Source of the DNA: Eledone cirrhosa
Taxonomy: Eukaryota
DNA length: 64,000 nucleotides
Direction of reading: 5' to 3'
Assembly: GCA_964016885.1 (NCBI GenBank)
Contig: OZ024744.1
Span: 111,662,001-111,726,000 of the forward strand
Part shown: piece by piece, positions 40,403 to 53,834 of the stretch
Layout of the letters: every line of letters starts with the position of its first letter
Position numbering within the stretch: position 1 is the stretch's first letter
Notes under the pieces: generated by a model
Databases searched by the model: none
What the model was told of the DNA's origin: nothing
Seen by the model: only the letters and a program-made list of their open reading frames with translations
Program-made: the position numbers and the translations under genes

Positions 40403-40605
40403 CTGTATGAGTTCTTCGATGAGCTTTTAAATGTGAACTTTTGGTATAAACTTTGTGGCATCCGTCAAAATCACACCTATGTACCCTTCTCTTCTTGGAG
40501 CTGTCTGAGAAGGTATCACAGCTCATGGAAGACATGAATTGTGTCTTGGAAGTAGTGGTAACAACAGGAGGTGACATTGCACCATCCAGAGATTTGTTAT
40601 AGTGT
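40403..40605 (-). CDS. KLF: Internal coding exon of a Kruppel-like factor (KLF3/8/12-like): basic region + zinc finger 1
   Basis: [15 protein letters not shown]...[33 protein letters not shown]. Acceptor ctttttctatttcag at 40606 and donor ACAG|gttggt at 40402. A phase-1 intron inside the TG-EKP linker is typical of KLF genes. Confidence 0.93.
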
Positions 40606-41232
40606 CTGAAATAGAAAAAGAAAGTCAAAGGATTAGTTTATGGAATGAGATGGTTTAGTCATGTGTTGAGGAAGGATGAAAGTGACTGGGTAAGAAATCC
40701 TGCCAAACTGTGTGATAGGTAAACAAGACATGTGACATGTCACCCTGGCCCATCTAACTTCAAGCTGTAACAATCCATTCAACCCATGCTAGCAGAGAAT
40801 GTAATAAATGGATGTAATAAATGATGATGTCTTAGTAGCAATGTTGCACCAATAGTTGTCAAATGATACAAATTAAACAGAGAATTTGATAGAGACATTA
40901 GAACATTTGATTAAATGCCTCTGTATTTCATCCAGTTGTCATGCTCCCAAGTTCAAATCTTACCTATATGCTGTAAATACTGAAATATAAGCTGAGGTAT
41001 CTAATCAACGCACAATGTTTAGATTGTGCAGTTTTGAAACTCTCCTGAATATGAAATATATTTATGAAAGTTTAATATTTTGATATTTAAAATGTTCCGA
41101 GAGTCATTTAGGGTATAGTTGTTTTTTTTTCACAACTTCATTACATGATTTTTTTTTTTTTACCAATTTCTGAATATTTTGAAAGCCATATTCACTTAAA
41201 ACATGAAAAACAACAGAAATTTCACCTTCATT

Positions 41233-42862
41233 GTGAAACAGGTGTAATATTCACAGCCAAAATGAAACTGGTGTAATATTCACCCCCAAAGTGAAACAGG
41301 TGTAATATTCACAGCCAAAATGAAACAGGTGTAATATTCACCTCCAAAATGAAACTGGTGTAATATTCACCCCCAAAGTGAAACTGGTGTAATATTCACC
41401 CTCAAAGTGAAACTGGTGTAATATTTACCTCCAAAATGAAACTGGTGTAATATTCACCCTCAAAATGAAACTGGTGTAATATTCACCTCCAAAGAATAAC
41501 AGGTGTAATATTCACAGCCAAAGTGAAACTGGCGTAATATTCACCTCCAAAGTGTAACAGGTGTAATATTCACCACCAAAGTATAACAGGTGTAATATTC
41601 ACCACCAAAGTATAACAGGTGTAATATTCACCACCAAAATGAAACAGGTGTAATATTCACCACCAAAATGAAACAGGTGTAATATTCACCACCAAAGTAT
41701 AACAGGTGTAATATTCATCTCCAAAGTATAACAGGTGTAATATTCACAGCCAAAGTGAAACTGGCGTAATATTCACCTCCAAAGTGTAACAGGTGTAATA
41801 TTCACCTCCAAAGTGGAACAGGTGTAACAGTCACAGCCAAAATGAAACAGGTGTAATATTCATCTCCAAAGTATAACAGGTGTAATATTGACCACCAAAG
41901 TGAAACAGGTGTAATATTCATCTCCAAAGTGAAACTGGTGTAATATTCACCTCCAAAGTGAAACTGGTGTAATATTCACCACCAAAGTGAAACAGGTGTA
42001 ATATTGACCACCAAAGTATAACAGGTGTAATATTCACCACCAAAGTATAACAGGTGTAATATTCACAGCCAAAGTGAAACTGGCGTAATATTCACCTCCA
42101 AAGTGTAACAGGTGTAACAGTCACAGCCAAAGTGTAACAGGTGTAACAGTCACAGCCAAAATGAAACAGGTGTAATATTCACAGCCAAAGTATAACAGGT
42201 GTAATATTGACCACCAAAGTGTAACAGGTGTAATATTCACCACCAAAGTGTAACAGGTGTAATATTCACAGCCAAAGTGAAACTGGCGTAATATTCACCT
42301 CCAAAGTGTAACAGGTGTAATATTCACCTCCAAAGTGGAACAGGTGTAACAGTCACAGCCAAAGTGTAACAGGTGTAACAGTCACAGCCAAAATGAAACA
42401 GGTGTAATATTGACCACCAAAGTATAACAGGTGTAATATTCACCTCCAAAGTGTAACAGGTGTAACAGTCACAGCCAAAATGAAACAGGTGTAACAGTCA
42501 CAGCCAAAATGAAACAGGTGTAACAGTCACAGCCAAAATGAAACAGGTGTAACAGTCACAGCCAAAATGAAACAGGTGTAATATTGACCACCAAAGTATA
42601 ACAGGTGTAATATTCACCTCCAAAGTGTAACAGGTGTAACAGTCACAGCCAAAATTAAACAGGTGTAACAGTCACAGCCAAAATGAAACAGGTGTAACAG
42701 TCACAGCCAAAATGAAACAGGTGTAATATTGACCACCAAAGTATAACAGGTGTAATATTCACCTCCAAAGTGTAACAGGTGTAACAGTCACAGCCAAAGT
42801 GTAACAGGTGTAACAGTCACAGCCAAAATGAAACAGGTGTAATATTCACCACCAAAGTGAAA
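41233..42862. repeat. Minisatellite, 29-bp unit GTGAAACAGGTGTAATATTCACCACCAAA, about 56 copies
   Basis: Constant-length tandem units with substitution variants. Confidence 0.95.
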
Positions 42863-43609
42863 ATATTTCAGTCCTTTATTTACATAGAATTTTGTACTTG
42901 GTGAAAATCAGCAAAAATTTTGACCTGGAATATTAGTCACCCCCCCCCCCCCCCATTTCACCCTCGTTCTCTTTTTTTGTCACATATCTGTCAGCTAGGT
43001 GAAAAGGCAAGAGCTTAGCTGCCAGTCCCACCACCTCGACTCTTTATAATATATATATATATGTCTCATATTTCTCAGCTTATATATGAGTATGCAAAGT
43101 ATAATATATATGGTAGCAATCTAAACTATAATAAAGTAAGGAGCGCGGGACTGCGTACGGTTTATAATTTTTTTTATCCAATTAGTAAAATAAGTTGGCT
43201 TACTTTGAATAAATAATGAATGAATATTACATAATTTATCTACTAAATTCGTGGCTGTTGATTAAATATATTTTGTTTATTTAAAGATTTACTTCTTTAA
43301 AATTTCTGAAATGTCAACACTTCCGGTTGGCGGCGATCACTTAAATAAACATACTAATTTTCTGTGACTAATTTTCTCCTAATGCAGTTTATATATAGTA
43401 TTGTCTTTTTTTAATGTTTCATGGATTGCGTTACTGATTAAATAAGACAGTGTAACACAGTCTTCGTTCAATTTCTGTGTATTACATATTGTCAATTACG
43501 ATTTTAAAAACTTTCAAGAAAGTAGTAATAACATTTTAAGAGGAATATAATTCTGCCGTTCTTGGTTTAGTCCGCCATATCAACTGCAACACTTATTTTC
43601 CATAGTCTG

Positions 43610-45510
43610 GTACGACATGGAGTCACACATACGACATGGACACACACACATACCACAAGGAGTCACACACATACCACATGGACACACATACAACATGGAG
43701 TCACACACATACAACATGGATACACATACGACATTGAGACACACACACATACCACATGGAGTCACACACATACAACATGGATACACATACGATATGGAGA
43801 CACACATACCACATGGACACATACATACAACATGGAGTCACACACATACCACATGGAGTCACACACATACAACATGGAGTCACACACATACAACATGGAT
43901 ACACATACGATATGGAGACACACACATACAACATGGATACACATACGATATGGAGACACACACACATACAACATGGAGACACACACATACGACATGGACA
44001 CACACACGACATGGAGACACTCACATACCACATGGACACACACATACCACATGGAGTCACATACATACAACATGGATACACATACGATATGGAGACATAC
44101 ATACCACATGGAGACACACACATACCACATGGACACACACACATACGACATGGACACACACATACCACATGGAGTCACACACATACAACATGGATACACA
44201 TACGATATGGAGACACACATACCACATGGACACATACATACAACATGGAGTCACACACATACCACATGGAGTCACACACATACAACATGGAGTCACACAC
44301 ATACAACATGGATACACATACGATATGGAGACACACACATACAACATGGATACACATACGATATGGAGACACACACACATACAACATGGAGACACACACA
44401 TACGACATGGACACACACACGACATGGAGACACTCACATACCACATGGACACACACATACCACATGGAGTCACATACATACAACATGGATACACATACGA
44501 TATGGAGACATACATACAACATGGAGTCACACATACCACATGGAGACACACACATACCACATGGACACACACACATACGACATGGACACACATACCACAT
44601 GGAGTCACACACATACAACATGGATACACATACGATATGGAGACACACATACCACATGGACACATACATACATGGAGTCACACACATACCACATGGAGAC
44701 ACACACATACCACATGGACACACACACATACAACATGGAGACACTCACATACCACATGGACACACACATACCACATGGAGTCACACACATACAACATGGA
44801 TACACATACGATATGGAGACACACATACCACATGGACACATACATACAACATGGAGTCACACACATACCACATGGACACACACACATACGACATGGAGAC
44901 ACTCACATACCACATGGACACACACATACCACATGGAGTCACACACATACAACATGGATACACATACGATATGGAGACACACATACCACATGGACACATA
45001 CATACAACATGGAGTCACACACATACCACATGGACACACACACATACGACATGGAGACACTCACATACCACATGGACACACACATACCACATGGAGTCAC
45101 ACACATACAACATGGATACACATACCACATGGACACATACATACAACATGGAGTCACACACATACCACATGGAGACACACACATACCACATGGACACACA
45201 CACATACGACATGGAGACACTCACATACCACATGGACACACACATACAACATGGAGTCACACACATACCACATTGACACATACATACATGGAGTCACACA
45301 CATACCACATGGAGACACACACATACAACATGGAGTCACACACATACCACATGGAGACACACACATACAACATGGATACACATACGATATGGAGACACAC
45401 ACACATACCACATGGACACACACACATACAACATGGATACACATACAACATGGATACACATACGATATGGAGACACACACATACCAGATGGATACACACA
45501 CACATACGAC
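43610..45510. repeat. Minisatellite, about 18-22-bp unit CATGGA(G/C/T)..ACACACATAC(A/C/G)A with higher-order structure
   Basis: Tandem units. Blocks recur at 413 bp (43756 and 44169) and at 158 bp later in the array. Confidence 0.93.
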
Positions 45511-45544
45511 TAGCTTCTGTAACTTCCATTAGTCTAATTCATTC

Positions 45545-47730
45545 CACCCACAAGACATTGGTCAACCTGAGGCTACAGTAGACTGTCCTAGGTACCACAC
45601 TAGACTGACCACAAGACATTGGTCAACCTAAGGCTACAGTAGACAGTTGTCCAAGGTACCTCACAGTATGACTGACCACAAGACATTGGTCAACCTAAGG
45701 CTACAGTAGACAGTTGTCCAAGGTACCTCACAGTATGACTGACCACAAGACATTGGTCAACCTAAGGCTACAGTAGACAGTTGTCCAAGGTACCTCACAG
45801 TAGGACTGACCCACAAGACGGTGAACCTAAGGCTACAGTAGACAGTTGTCCAAGGTACCTCACAGTAGGACTGACCCACAAGACGGTGAACCTAAGGCTA
45901 CAGTAGACAGTTGTCCAAGGTACCACACAGTAGGACTGACTCACAAGACGGTGAACCTAAGGCTACAGTAGACAGTTGTCCAAGGTACCTCACAGTATGA
46001 CTGACCACAAGACATTGGTCAACCTAAGGCTACAGTAGACAGTTGTCCAAGGTACCTCACAGTAGGACTGACCACAAGACGGTGAACCTAAGGCTACAGT
46101 AGAGTTGTCCAAGGTACCTCACAGTATGACTGACCACAAGACATTGGTCAACCTAAGGCTACAGTAGACAGTTGTCCAAGGTACCTCACAGTAGGACTGA
46201 CCCACAAGACGGTGAACCTAAGGCTACAGTAGACAGTTGTCCAAGGTACCACAGTAGGACTGACCACATGACATTGGTCAACTTAAGGATACAGGAGACA
46301 CTGTCTAAGGTACCAGACAGTAGACTGACCACAAGACATTGGTCATCCTAAGGCTACAGTAGACATTGTCCAAGGTACAATAGACTGACCACAAGACATT
46401 GGTCAACCTAAGGCTACAGTAGACACTGTCCAAGGTACAGTAGAACTGACCACAAGACATTGGTCAACCTAAGGCTACAGTAGACTGTCCAAGGTACCAC
46501 ACAGTAGAACTGACCACAAGACATTGGTCAACCTAAGGCTACAGTAGACTGTCCAAGGTACCACTGTAGACTGACCACAAGACATTGGTCAACCTAAGGC
46601 TACAGTAGACACTGTCCAAGGTACAGTAGAACTGACCACAAGACATTGGTCAACCTAAGGCTACAGTAGACTGTCCAAGGTACCACACAGTAGACTGACC
46701 ACAAGACATTGGTCAACCTGAGGCTACAGTAGACACTGTCCAAAGTACCACATAGGATTGACCCACAAGACATTGGTCAACCTAAGGCTACAGTAGACAG
46801 TGTCCAAGGTACCACACAGTAGACTGACCACAAGACATTGGTCAACCTGAGGCTACAGTAGACACTGTCCAAAGTACAGTAGGCCTGACCACAAGACATT
46901 GGTCAACCTAAGGCTACAGTAGACACTGTCCAAGGTACCACAGTAGGACTGACCACAAGACGTTGGTCAACCTGAGGCTACAGTAGACACTGTCCAAGGT
47001 ACAGTAGGCCTGACCACAAGACATTGGTCAACCTAAGGCTACAGTAGACACTGTCCAAGGTACCACACAGTAGGACTGACCACAAGACATTGGTCAACCT
47101 AAGGTTACAGTAGACACTGTCCAAGGTACCACATAGGACTGACAAGACATTGGTCAACTTAAGGCTACAGTAGACACTGTCTAAGGTACCACACAGTAGG
47201 ACTGACCACAAGACATTGGTAAACCTAAGGCTACAGTAGACAGTTGTCCAAGGTACAGTAGGACTGACCATAAGACAGTCAACCTAAGGCTACACTAGAC
47301 ACTGTCCAAGGTACAGTAGGACTGACCCACAAGACATTGGTCATCCTGAGGCTACAGTAGACACTGTCCAGGGTACAGTAGGACTGACCACAAGACATTG
47401 GTCAACCTAAGGCTACAGTAGACGCTGTCCAAGGTTGTGGGACTGACCACAAGGCATTGGTCAACCTAAGGTAAAAGTAAACTGTCCAAGGTACCACACA
47501 GGACTGACTACAAGACATTAGTCAACCTAAGGCTACAGTAGACACTGTCCAAGGTTGTGTGACTGACCACAAGACATTGGTCAACCTAAGGTCAAAGTAG
47601 ACACTGTCCAAGGTACCACACAGGACTGACTACAAGACATTGTTAAACCTGAGGCTACAGTAGACACTGACCAAGGTACCACATAGGATTGACCCACAAG
47701 ACATTGGTCAACCTAAGGCTACAGTAGAAG
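45545..47730. repeat. Minisatellite, about 55-63-bp unit GACTGACCACAAGACATTGGTCAACCTAAGGCTACAGTAGACACTGTCCAAGGTACCACACAGTAG, about 35 copies
   Basis: Tandem units with indel variants. Confidence 0.95.
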
Positions 47731-48181
47731 ACACTTGTCCATTGTGTCGCAGAGTGGGACTGAGTTGCCCAACCATCAATCCAACCACCCAACCACAAAT
47801 CTTCCCGTTGACTGTCCAATAGAAATATGTGGTATGAGGAATATATCAAGTAGGTTTCAAAGCCTGGCTTAGTATGAAGAAGAAGAAGGAAGATATTTCT
47901 AGCTGAAGATTACAGAAATCAAATATATCTGAAAGACTGGAGTGGACAACTTCCCTTCTTACCTGCTCAATAAATAACACATCAAAGGCAAATGGTGAAT
48001 TCTTTCTTGATCCTTTTCCTTATGTAACTTGGCTAAGAAAATATTTACCTGAGTCTAGGATTACTTCTGTGTGTGGAGTTGAAAAATATATTTTACTTGC
48101 TTCTTCATTCATCTGGAGAAATACACACACACACACACATTCTTTTACCTGTTCCAGCCATCCGGCTGAGGCCACGCTGGG

Positions 48182-48219
<38 letters not shown>

Positions 48220-48265
48220 GCATACACATGTACATATATATATATACACACACATGTATATATGT

Positions 48266-48313
<48 letters not shown>

Positions 48314-48335
48314 GTACAGATATACATATATATAT

Positions 48336-48925
48336 ATGGTGGCTGCCAACTCGTTTTCGAGTACGGCCACTACTTTATATCCATGTAGGAGAACCCCTAC
48401 CGATGCGCTGAACAAGTGTGACTTTTTAGTCCAGCTGGCGACTTGAAAACTCTGGTACAAACACTACACTTGTGACAATTATTGACACATAGTGCTGGAC
48501 CCATGGTACCATGTGATGACAAGTGCAGAGAGATCTCCAGATATAAAGCAATGCCTGTGCCGTGAAGCTTTTATAGTGAGCAAGGGCACTGCACAAAGCC
48601 AGTCCCACTCTCTTAACCAAGATGATATTTACCAAAAATAAGAACAAGTCAACATCATTGGATACCATCAGGGTTGCAAGTGTTATATCAGAGTTTTCCT
48701 TCTCCTAGAATTCTGCCTTGAAAAAGGCTAAAGGGTCATCTCTGCCAGTGATTTTGGGCGGCCATTGACTCTTAAGAACTCCTTTGCCCTTTGACAGGTT
48801 ATGTATTTAGTCCTGCAGGATGTCCAAAGTCACCCTCCTCACCAAGAAACCTTGGTGGGGTTGCCAGTTTAGTCGCCAACGACCCGACCATGAGACAGGT
48901 TGTACTGGGATACATGTTATCAGTA
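48336..48925 (-). mobile_element. Second copy of the non-autonomous RTE derivative
   Basis: Colinear with 24676-25265. Confidence 0.8.
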
Positions 48926-49007
48926 ACATATATATATATACACACACATATGTATATATATGCATACATATACGTATGTATGCATACATATACATATGTA
49001 TGCACAT

Positions 49008-49266
49008 GGAGGCACATGGCTTAGTGGTTAGAGCATTGGCCTTGCAATCAAAATTGCTCCAGTTTACTCAGCTGTAGAAATGAGATGATAGGGACTGGGG
49101 TCCATATCATTCCACTGCAAAGTGGTCGTGGAGGTGCCACGGCAAAAAAAGCACCCAGCACTCACTGTAAAATGAGGTTGGTGTTAGGAAGGGCATCGAG
49201 CTGTAGAAATGAAGCCAGACTCAGTTCCCGTCCCACCCTTGCAAGCAGGGAAAAAGCGGACGTAAA

Positions 49267-49300
<34 letters not shown>
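49008..49300 (+). mobile_element. SINE family 1 copy with an internal deletion
   Basis: Head joined directly to TTGCTCCAGTTTACTC. Confidence 0.88.
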
Positions 49301-50004
49301 CACACACATATGTATACAAACATATATAAACACATATATATACACACACATATATATATACATTTATATACACACACATATACACACACATATACATACA
49401 TACATACACAAACACATACAGACACATCGATACACACACATTGAAACTATGTGTACACACATGTATCAAAGGTCCAGGTAATAAAAGATGGTGATATATA
49501 TTTATATCTGTATTTTTAACCGTTGGTCAATCAATGATAAACTTTGATTGCCAGATAAATTAACTATGGAGATATAAAAAAAAGATACAGAAGCGAAAAC
49601 CAACTCAAACCAAACGGTGTGTTCTGTTATTATTTCTGGCAATATTATAACAATATGACCCTCCCCAAATATAACAATATATATATATATATAAAATAAA
49701 TAAATATACATATATATATAAAATAAATAAATATATATATATATATAAAATAAATATATATATATATAAAATAAATATATATATATATATATAAAATAAA
49801 TAAATATAAATATATATATAAAATAAATAAATATATATATATATAAAATAAATAAATATATATATATATATATAAAATAAATAAATATATATATATATAA
49901 AATAAATAAATATATATATAAAATAAATAAATATATATATATATATAAAATAAATAAATATATATATATAAAATAAATAAATATATATATATACAAAAAT
50001 ACAG

Positions 50005-50035
<31 letters not shown>

Positions 50036-50199
50036 CATATATAAAATAAATAGATAAATAAATAAATGAATATACATATATAAACATTGATGCAAATCAA
50101 TCCCAGCACCCGATGTATTTTTCCCATAGGAAAAACGGAGTATATTTAGAATGAGAAAATGCAAAGTAGTTTCAGATCTTAAAGTCCTTAATTGGTAAT

Positions 50200-50274
50200 G
50201 CTGTGATATATATTTCAATGGCGACAGTGGCCACACGATTCCATGTACCCAGTGCTGTGAAATCATCAGACAGC
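50200..50274 (-). ncRNA. Type I hammerhead-like motif with a long irregular stem II
   Basis: GCUGU-CUGAUGA-[ACAG..UGG..UACAUG/CGUGUG..CCA CUGU]-GAA AUAUAUAU C-ACAGC. The base of stem II pairs poorly. Confidence 0.6.
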
Positions 50275-50684
50275 TTCTTACATAATAAGGTTACGTTCCC
50301 GAGGCAATCCAAACTGAAATGACAAGGCGCGTGTTTTTGTAAGCCCTAATTCACCCCCCTCAGGTTTGCGCAGGCACAATAGGAAATTGACCATCCACTA
50401 CCTCAAACTCAACGGAAACTAGCTTCTTGACCAGGAGCACAGAGTAAGACCGTCAAGTCTTTTCCCATCAATTCTGGACAACCCAGACGGTTCCAAAATT
50501 GAGGGCATGTTTGCCCTGGCCAAAGATATTGAGTGGTAATAGGACAGTGTGTGTATGTGCGCGCACATGAATTTATTGGAGTTAGAGACATATATATGTG
50601 TGTATCCCTTTCCTTCCTTTTACACTCACATACATTCACACAAACATTATGTGACGGACGGATGGAGAGAAGTCCCTCAAATTT

Positions 50685-51258
50685 ATATACAAGTGAATGG
50701 AGTTCTACTGAAGCAGTTAGAGAAGTTCAAGTATCTCAGGGCCGTGTTCATGAGTGATGGAATGCAGGAGGCTGAATTAAGTGCAAGAATTGCAAAAGCT
50801 GATGCAGTAATGCGCCAGCCTCAGCAATCAGATGAAGTGGGGTAGGTGTAAAAGCCAAACTCGCTGTCTTCCTGGTATTCCTGCCAACTCTTACGAAGAG
50901 TCTTTGGAGTAACGTTACTTGATAAAGTGCATAACTCAGAGACCAGAGAGTCACTCCTGGTAGAGCCGCTACTTCTCCGAATTGAGAGATCACAACTCCG
51001 ATATTATGGACATATGGTTAGAATGTCTCAGTAAAGAATTGCTGGACACATTTTACAGGCAAAACCAACCGGCAAGAGACCCAGAGGTAGACCCTGAGCA
51101 AGATAGTTGGATAACATCCATGAGCTTGGCTGGTCACACTTTGGGATCCAGCTGGATCAGTTAGAGATGTTTGCTACTGACAGACTCTCTGGAAGGAGTG
51201 TCTGAGAAGGACTCTGCCCCCACGACCCTCTCAGAAATAAGGGGGCGAAGAAGAAGAT
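50685..51258 (+). mobile_element. Degenerate RTE LINE 3' fragment
   Basis: LKQLEKFKYLRAVFMSDG...SARIAKADAVMRQ, then a RYYGHMVRM-like segment and a (GAA)n tail. Confidence 0.7.
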
Positions 51259-51747
51259 ATTGTCAATATACTTTTCAATTTACATATATCTATATACATA
51301 TATATTTGTGTATAATACCAATATGCACACTACATATGCTAGTAGAAAAAACGCCCGTTATGCGGTTTTTCTGTTAGTTTATATAATTGTTAAATTTAAT
51401 AATTTTAAGTCTTACCAAATATTAACAGTTTCATTTGGTATATCAATCTTATCAAATATTTAAAAGTTTGTTCTAATATTATGGGGACAGTTAGAACAGG
51501 TAAATTTTCTGTTAAAATCTTTTCTTATATTTATGTTCTTTGTGATGGTGGTGGGCGTATGGTGATGATGCGGCAGTGGTGGTGGGTGTGTGGTGGGTGT
51601 GTGGTGGTGGTGGTGATGTGTTGGTGGTGAAAGTGGTGTGGTGATGATAGAATAGGCAAAATAATCTTTAAATACATCCCTGTGTCTTTTCACTTACTTT
51701 TTACATATATGTGTGTGTGTGTGCATGCATTCAAATACATATATATA

Positions 51748-53126
51748 TAGAATCAAAAGGCCTTAAAATTAACCTGTCTAACACTAAGGTTCTAGTTTGT
51801 AGGAAGGAAAATAGGGCACCGGTCCCATCTGGGAAATGGCCATGCTCAGTGTGTAGGAAAGGAGTAGGCAGAAACTCCATTTTATGTCCAAAATGCAAAG
51901 TATGGGTGCATAAAAGATGTAGTGGGATCACAGGTAAGCTAACTAAGAATATAGATTGTATATGTGGCCGGTGCTCTGGTGCAATAAGTAGCAGCAAGTG
52001 CCCCCAGAATACTAGCTCTTTCCATTGCCCAGATGGTTCTATAGAAATAGTGGACAGCTTCCGTTACCTGGGTGACAAAATCAGCAGTGGTGGAGGGTGC
52101 TCCGAAAGTACAGTAGCTAGAGTCAGAACGGGATGGAAAAAGTTCAGAGAGCTTATACCACTATTAGCCGCTAAAGGGTTCTCTCTAAAAATGAAAGGCA
52201 GGCTGTATGATGTCTGCATACAAACAGCAATGTTACATGGCAGTGAGACCTGGGCATTGTGTGCAGAGGATATACGCAGACTGGAGAGGAATGAAGCTTG
52301 CTTGCTCCATTGGATGTGTAATAGTAATATACGTGAACGGCAAAGCATAAACAAACTAAGGGAGAAATTAGGAATGAGAGGGATCAGATGTTGTTTACTC
52401 GAGAGAAGACTACGTTGGTATGGTCACGTGATGCGCATGAAAGACGACAGCTGTATAAAAAAGTGCAGGGCAATAAAAATAGACGGTAGCCACGGAGTAG
52501 GCAGACCCAGAAAAACCTGGGACGACTTGATAAATTCCGACCTCACACACTTACACCTCTCCAAAACAATGTCACTGGACCGAGATCTTTGGCTCTACAC
52601 AGTAATACAGAAGATCTGCCTTGCCTAAGTACAAAGCATAACCTACAGTCAGTAGCAACCTCTAACAAAAATACACCCCCGTCCCACTACCCCCACCCCA
52701 TCCACACCACCCCTTTCAATGTAAAGTTATGTTGGTACCACAACATCCAGGATGAAACAAATGAGGTCGTGTAGGTGTCACGACAAAAAAACACACAGTC
52801 CACGCTGTAATGTGGCCGTGTAGGTAACATGGTAAAAACCTCCCAGTCCACACTGTAAATGTGGTTGGTGTTAGGAAGGGCATCCAGCTGTAGAAAACCC
52901 GCCAGACAGTCCACGCTGTAATGTGGCCGTGTAGGCAACACGGTAAAAACCTCCCAGTCCACACTGTAAACGTGGTTGATGTTAGGAAGGGCATCCAGCC
53001 GTAGAAAACCCGCCAGACAGTCCTATACGAGCAAGTCAACCAATCTTGCCTCAAGTGGGAAAACTCCCGTCCAGACCCATGCAAGCGTGGAAGATGGACG
53101 TTAAACGATGATGATGATGATGATGA
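51748..53126 (+). mobile_element. RTE LINE 3' portion (open about 290 codons) with a tandem duplication of about 120 bp in the 3' UTR
   Basis: ESKGLKINLSNTKVL...CPKCKVWVHKRC...RRLRWYGHV. The segment ACAGTCCACGCTGTAATG...CCAG is repeated at about 52795 and 52906. Confidence 0.93.
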
Positions 53127-53127
53127 T

Positions 53128-53528
53128 ATAAGTATATATACATATATACATATATGTATACAGACATACAGTAGTATGTATATATACATACATACATGCA
53201 CACATATATATATGTATGTATGGATTTAACGAGCATTTATTATAATGCTCAGTTTGTTTGTAAACAAACATCCCAAATTAAGCCGTAGTGTCTAGCAACC
53301 ATCGTTGCTCGTTTGTTCAAAACTGACAAAGGAACGATGTACTAGCATTATAATAAATGCTTGGTAAATCCATACGTACATATATATATGTGTGCATGTA
53401 TGTATATATATATATATATATATACATACTAGTGTACGTCTGTATACATATATGTATGTACGTGTACATACATATATTTAAATAACAGCCGTACTAAGAG
53501 TGAGAAATGAAATTTGGTTTAATTTTTT

Positions 53529-53530
<2 letters not shown>
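53128..53530. mobile_element. PLE-type family A, third copy, with inverted repeat
   Basis: Homologous to 4020-4270. About 53130-53250 is inverted relative to 53345-53475. Confidence 0.75.
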
Positions 53531-53579
<49 letters not shown>

Positions 53580-53581
<2 letters not shown>

Positions 53582-53773
53582 GAAGGAAATGTGGTAAGGA
53601 ACCAGGTGGACCATAACGCACCAAAGTACTCAATACTTAGGGTAGTAGAGTGGGTAATAGGAACGAGTAGGACCCCGACGGCCGAGCTCAAGCCCTTTCG
53701 ACGGCTAATTCTCTGAATTCCCTGAATTAGCCGTCGAAATGGCTTGAGCTCAGCCGTCGGGGTCCTACTCGTT

Positions 53774-53778
<5 letters not shown>
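53580..53778. mobile_element. PLE-type family D element with a 55-bp inverted repeat
   Basis: About 53657-53711 is inverted relative to 53724-53778. Flanked by (TA)n. Confidence 0.7.
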
Positions 53779-53815
<37 letters not shown>

Positions 53816-53834
53816 GGTAAAAATTAAGTGAAAA

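Noticed and set aside
40278-40628. 116-aa single-exon KLF ORF
   Set aside because: Both ends are intron read-through. Splice sites delimit 40403-40605.
43617-45581. 500-650-aa His/Thr-rich ORFs
   Set aside because: All three plus-strand frames are open because the repeat unit lacks stop codons. These are satellite translations.
41233-47730. CRISPR-like array
   Set aside because: Units are contiguous with no unique spacers, there are no cas genes, and the context is eukaryotic.
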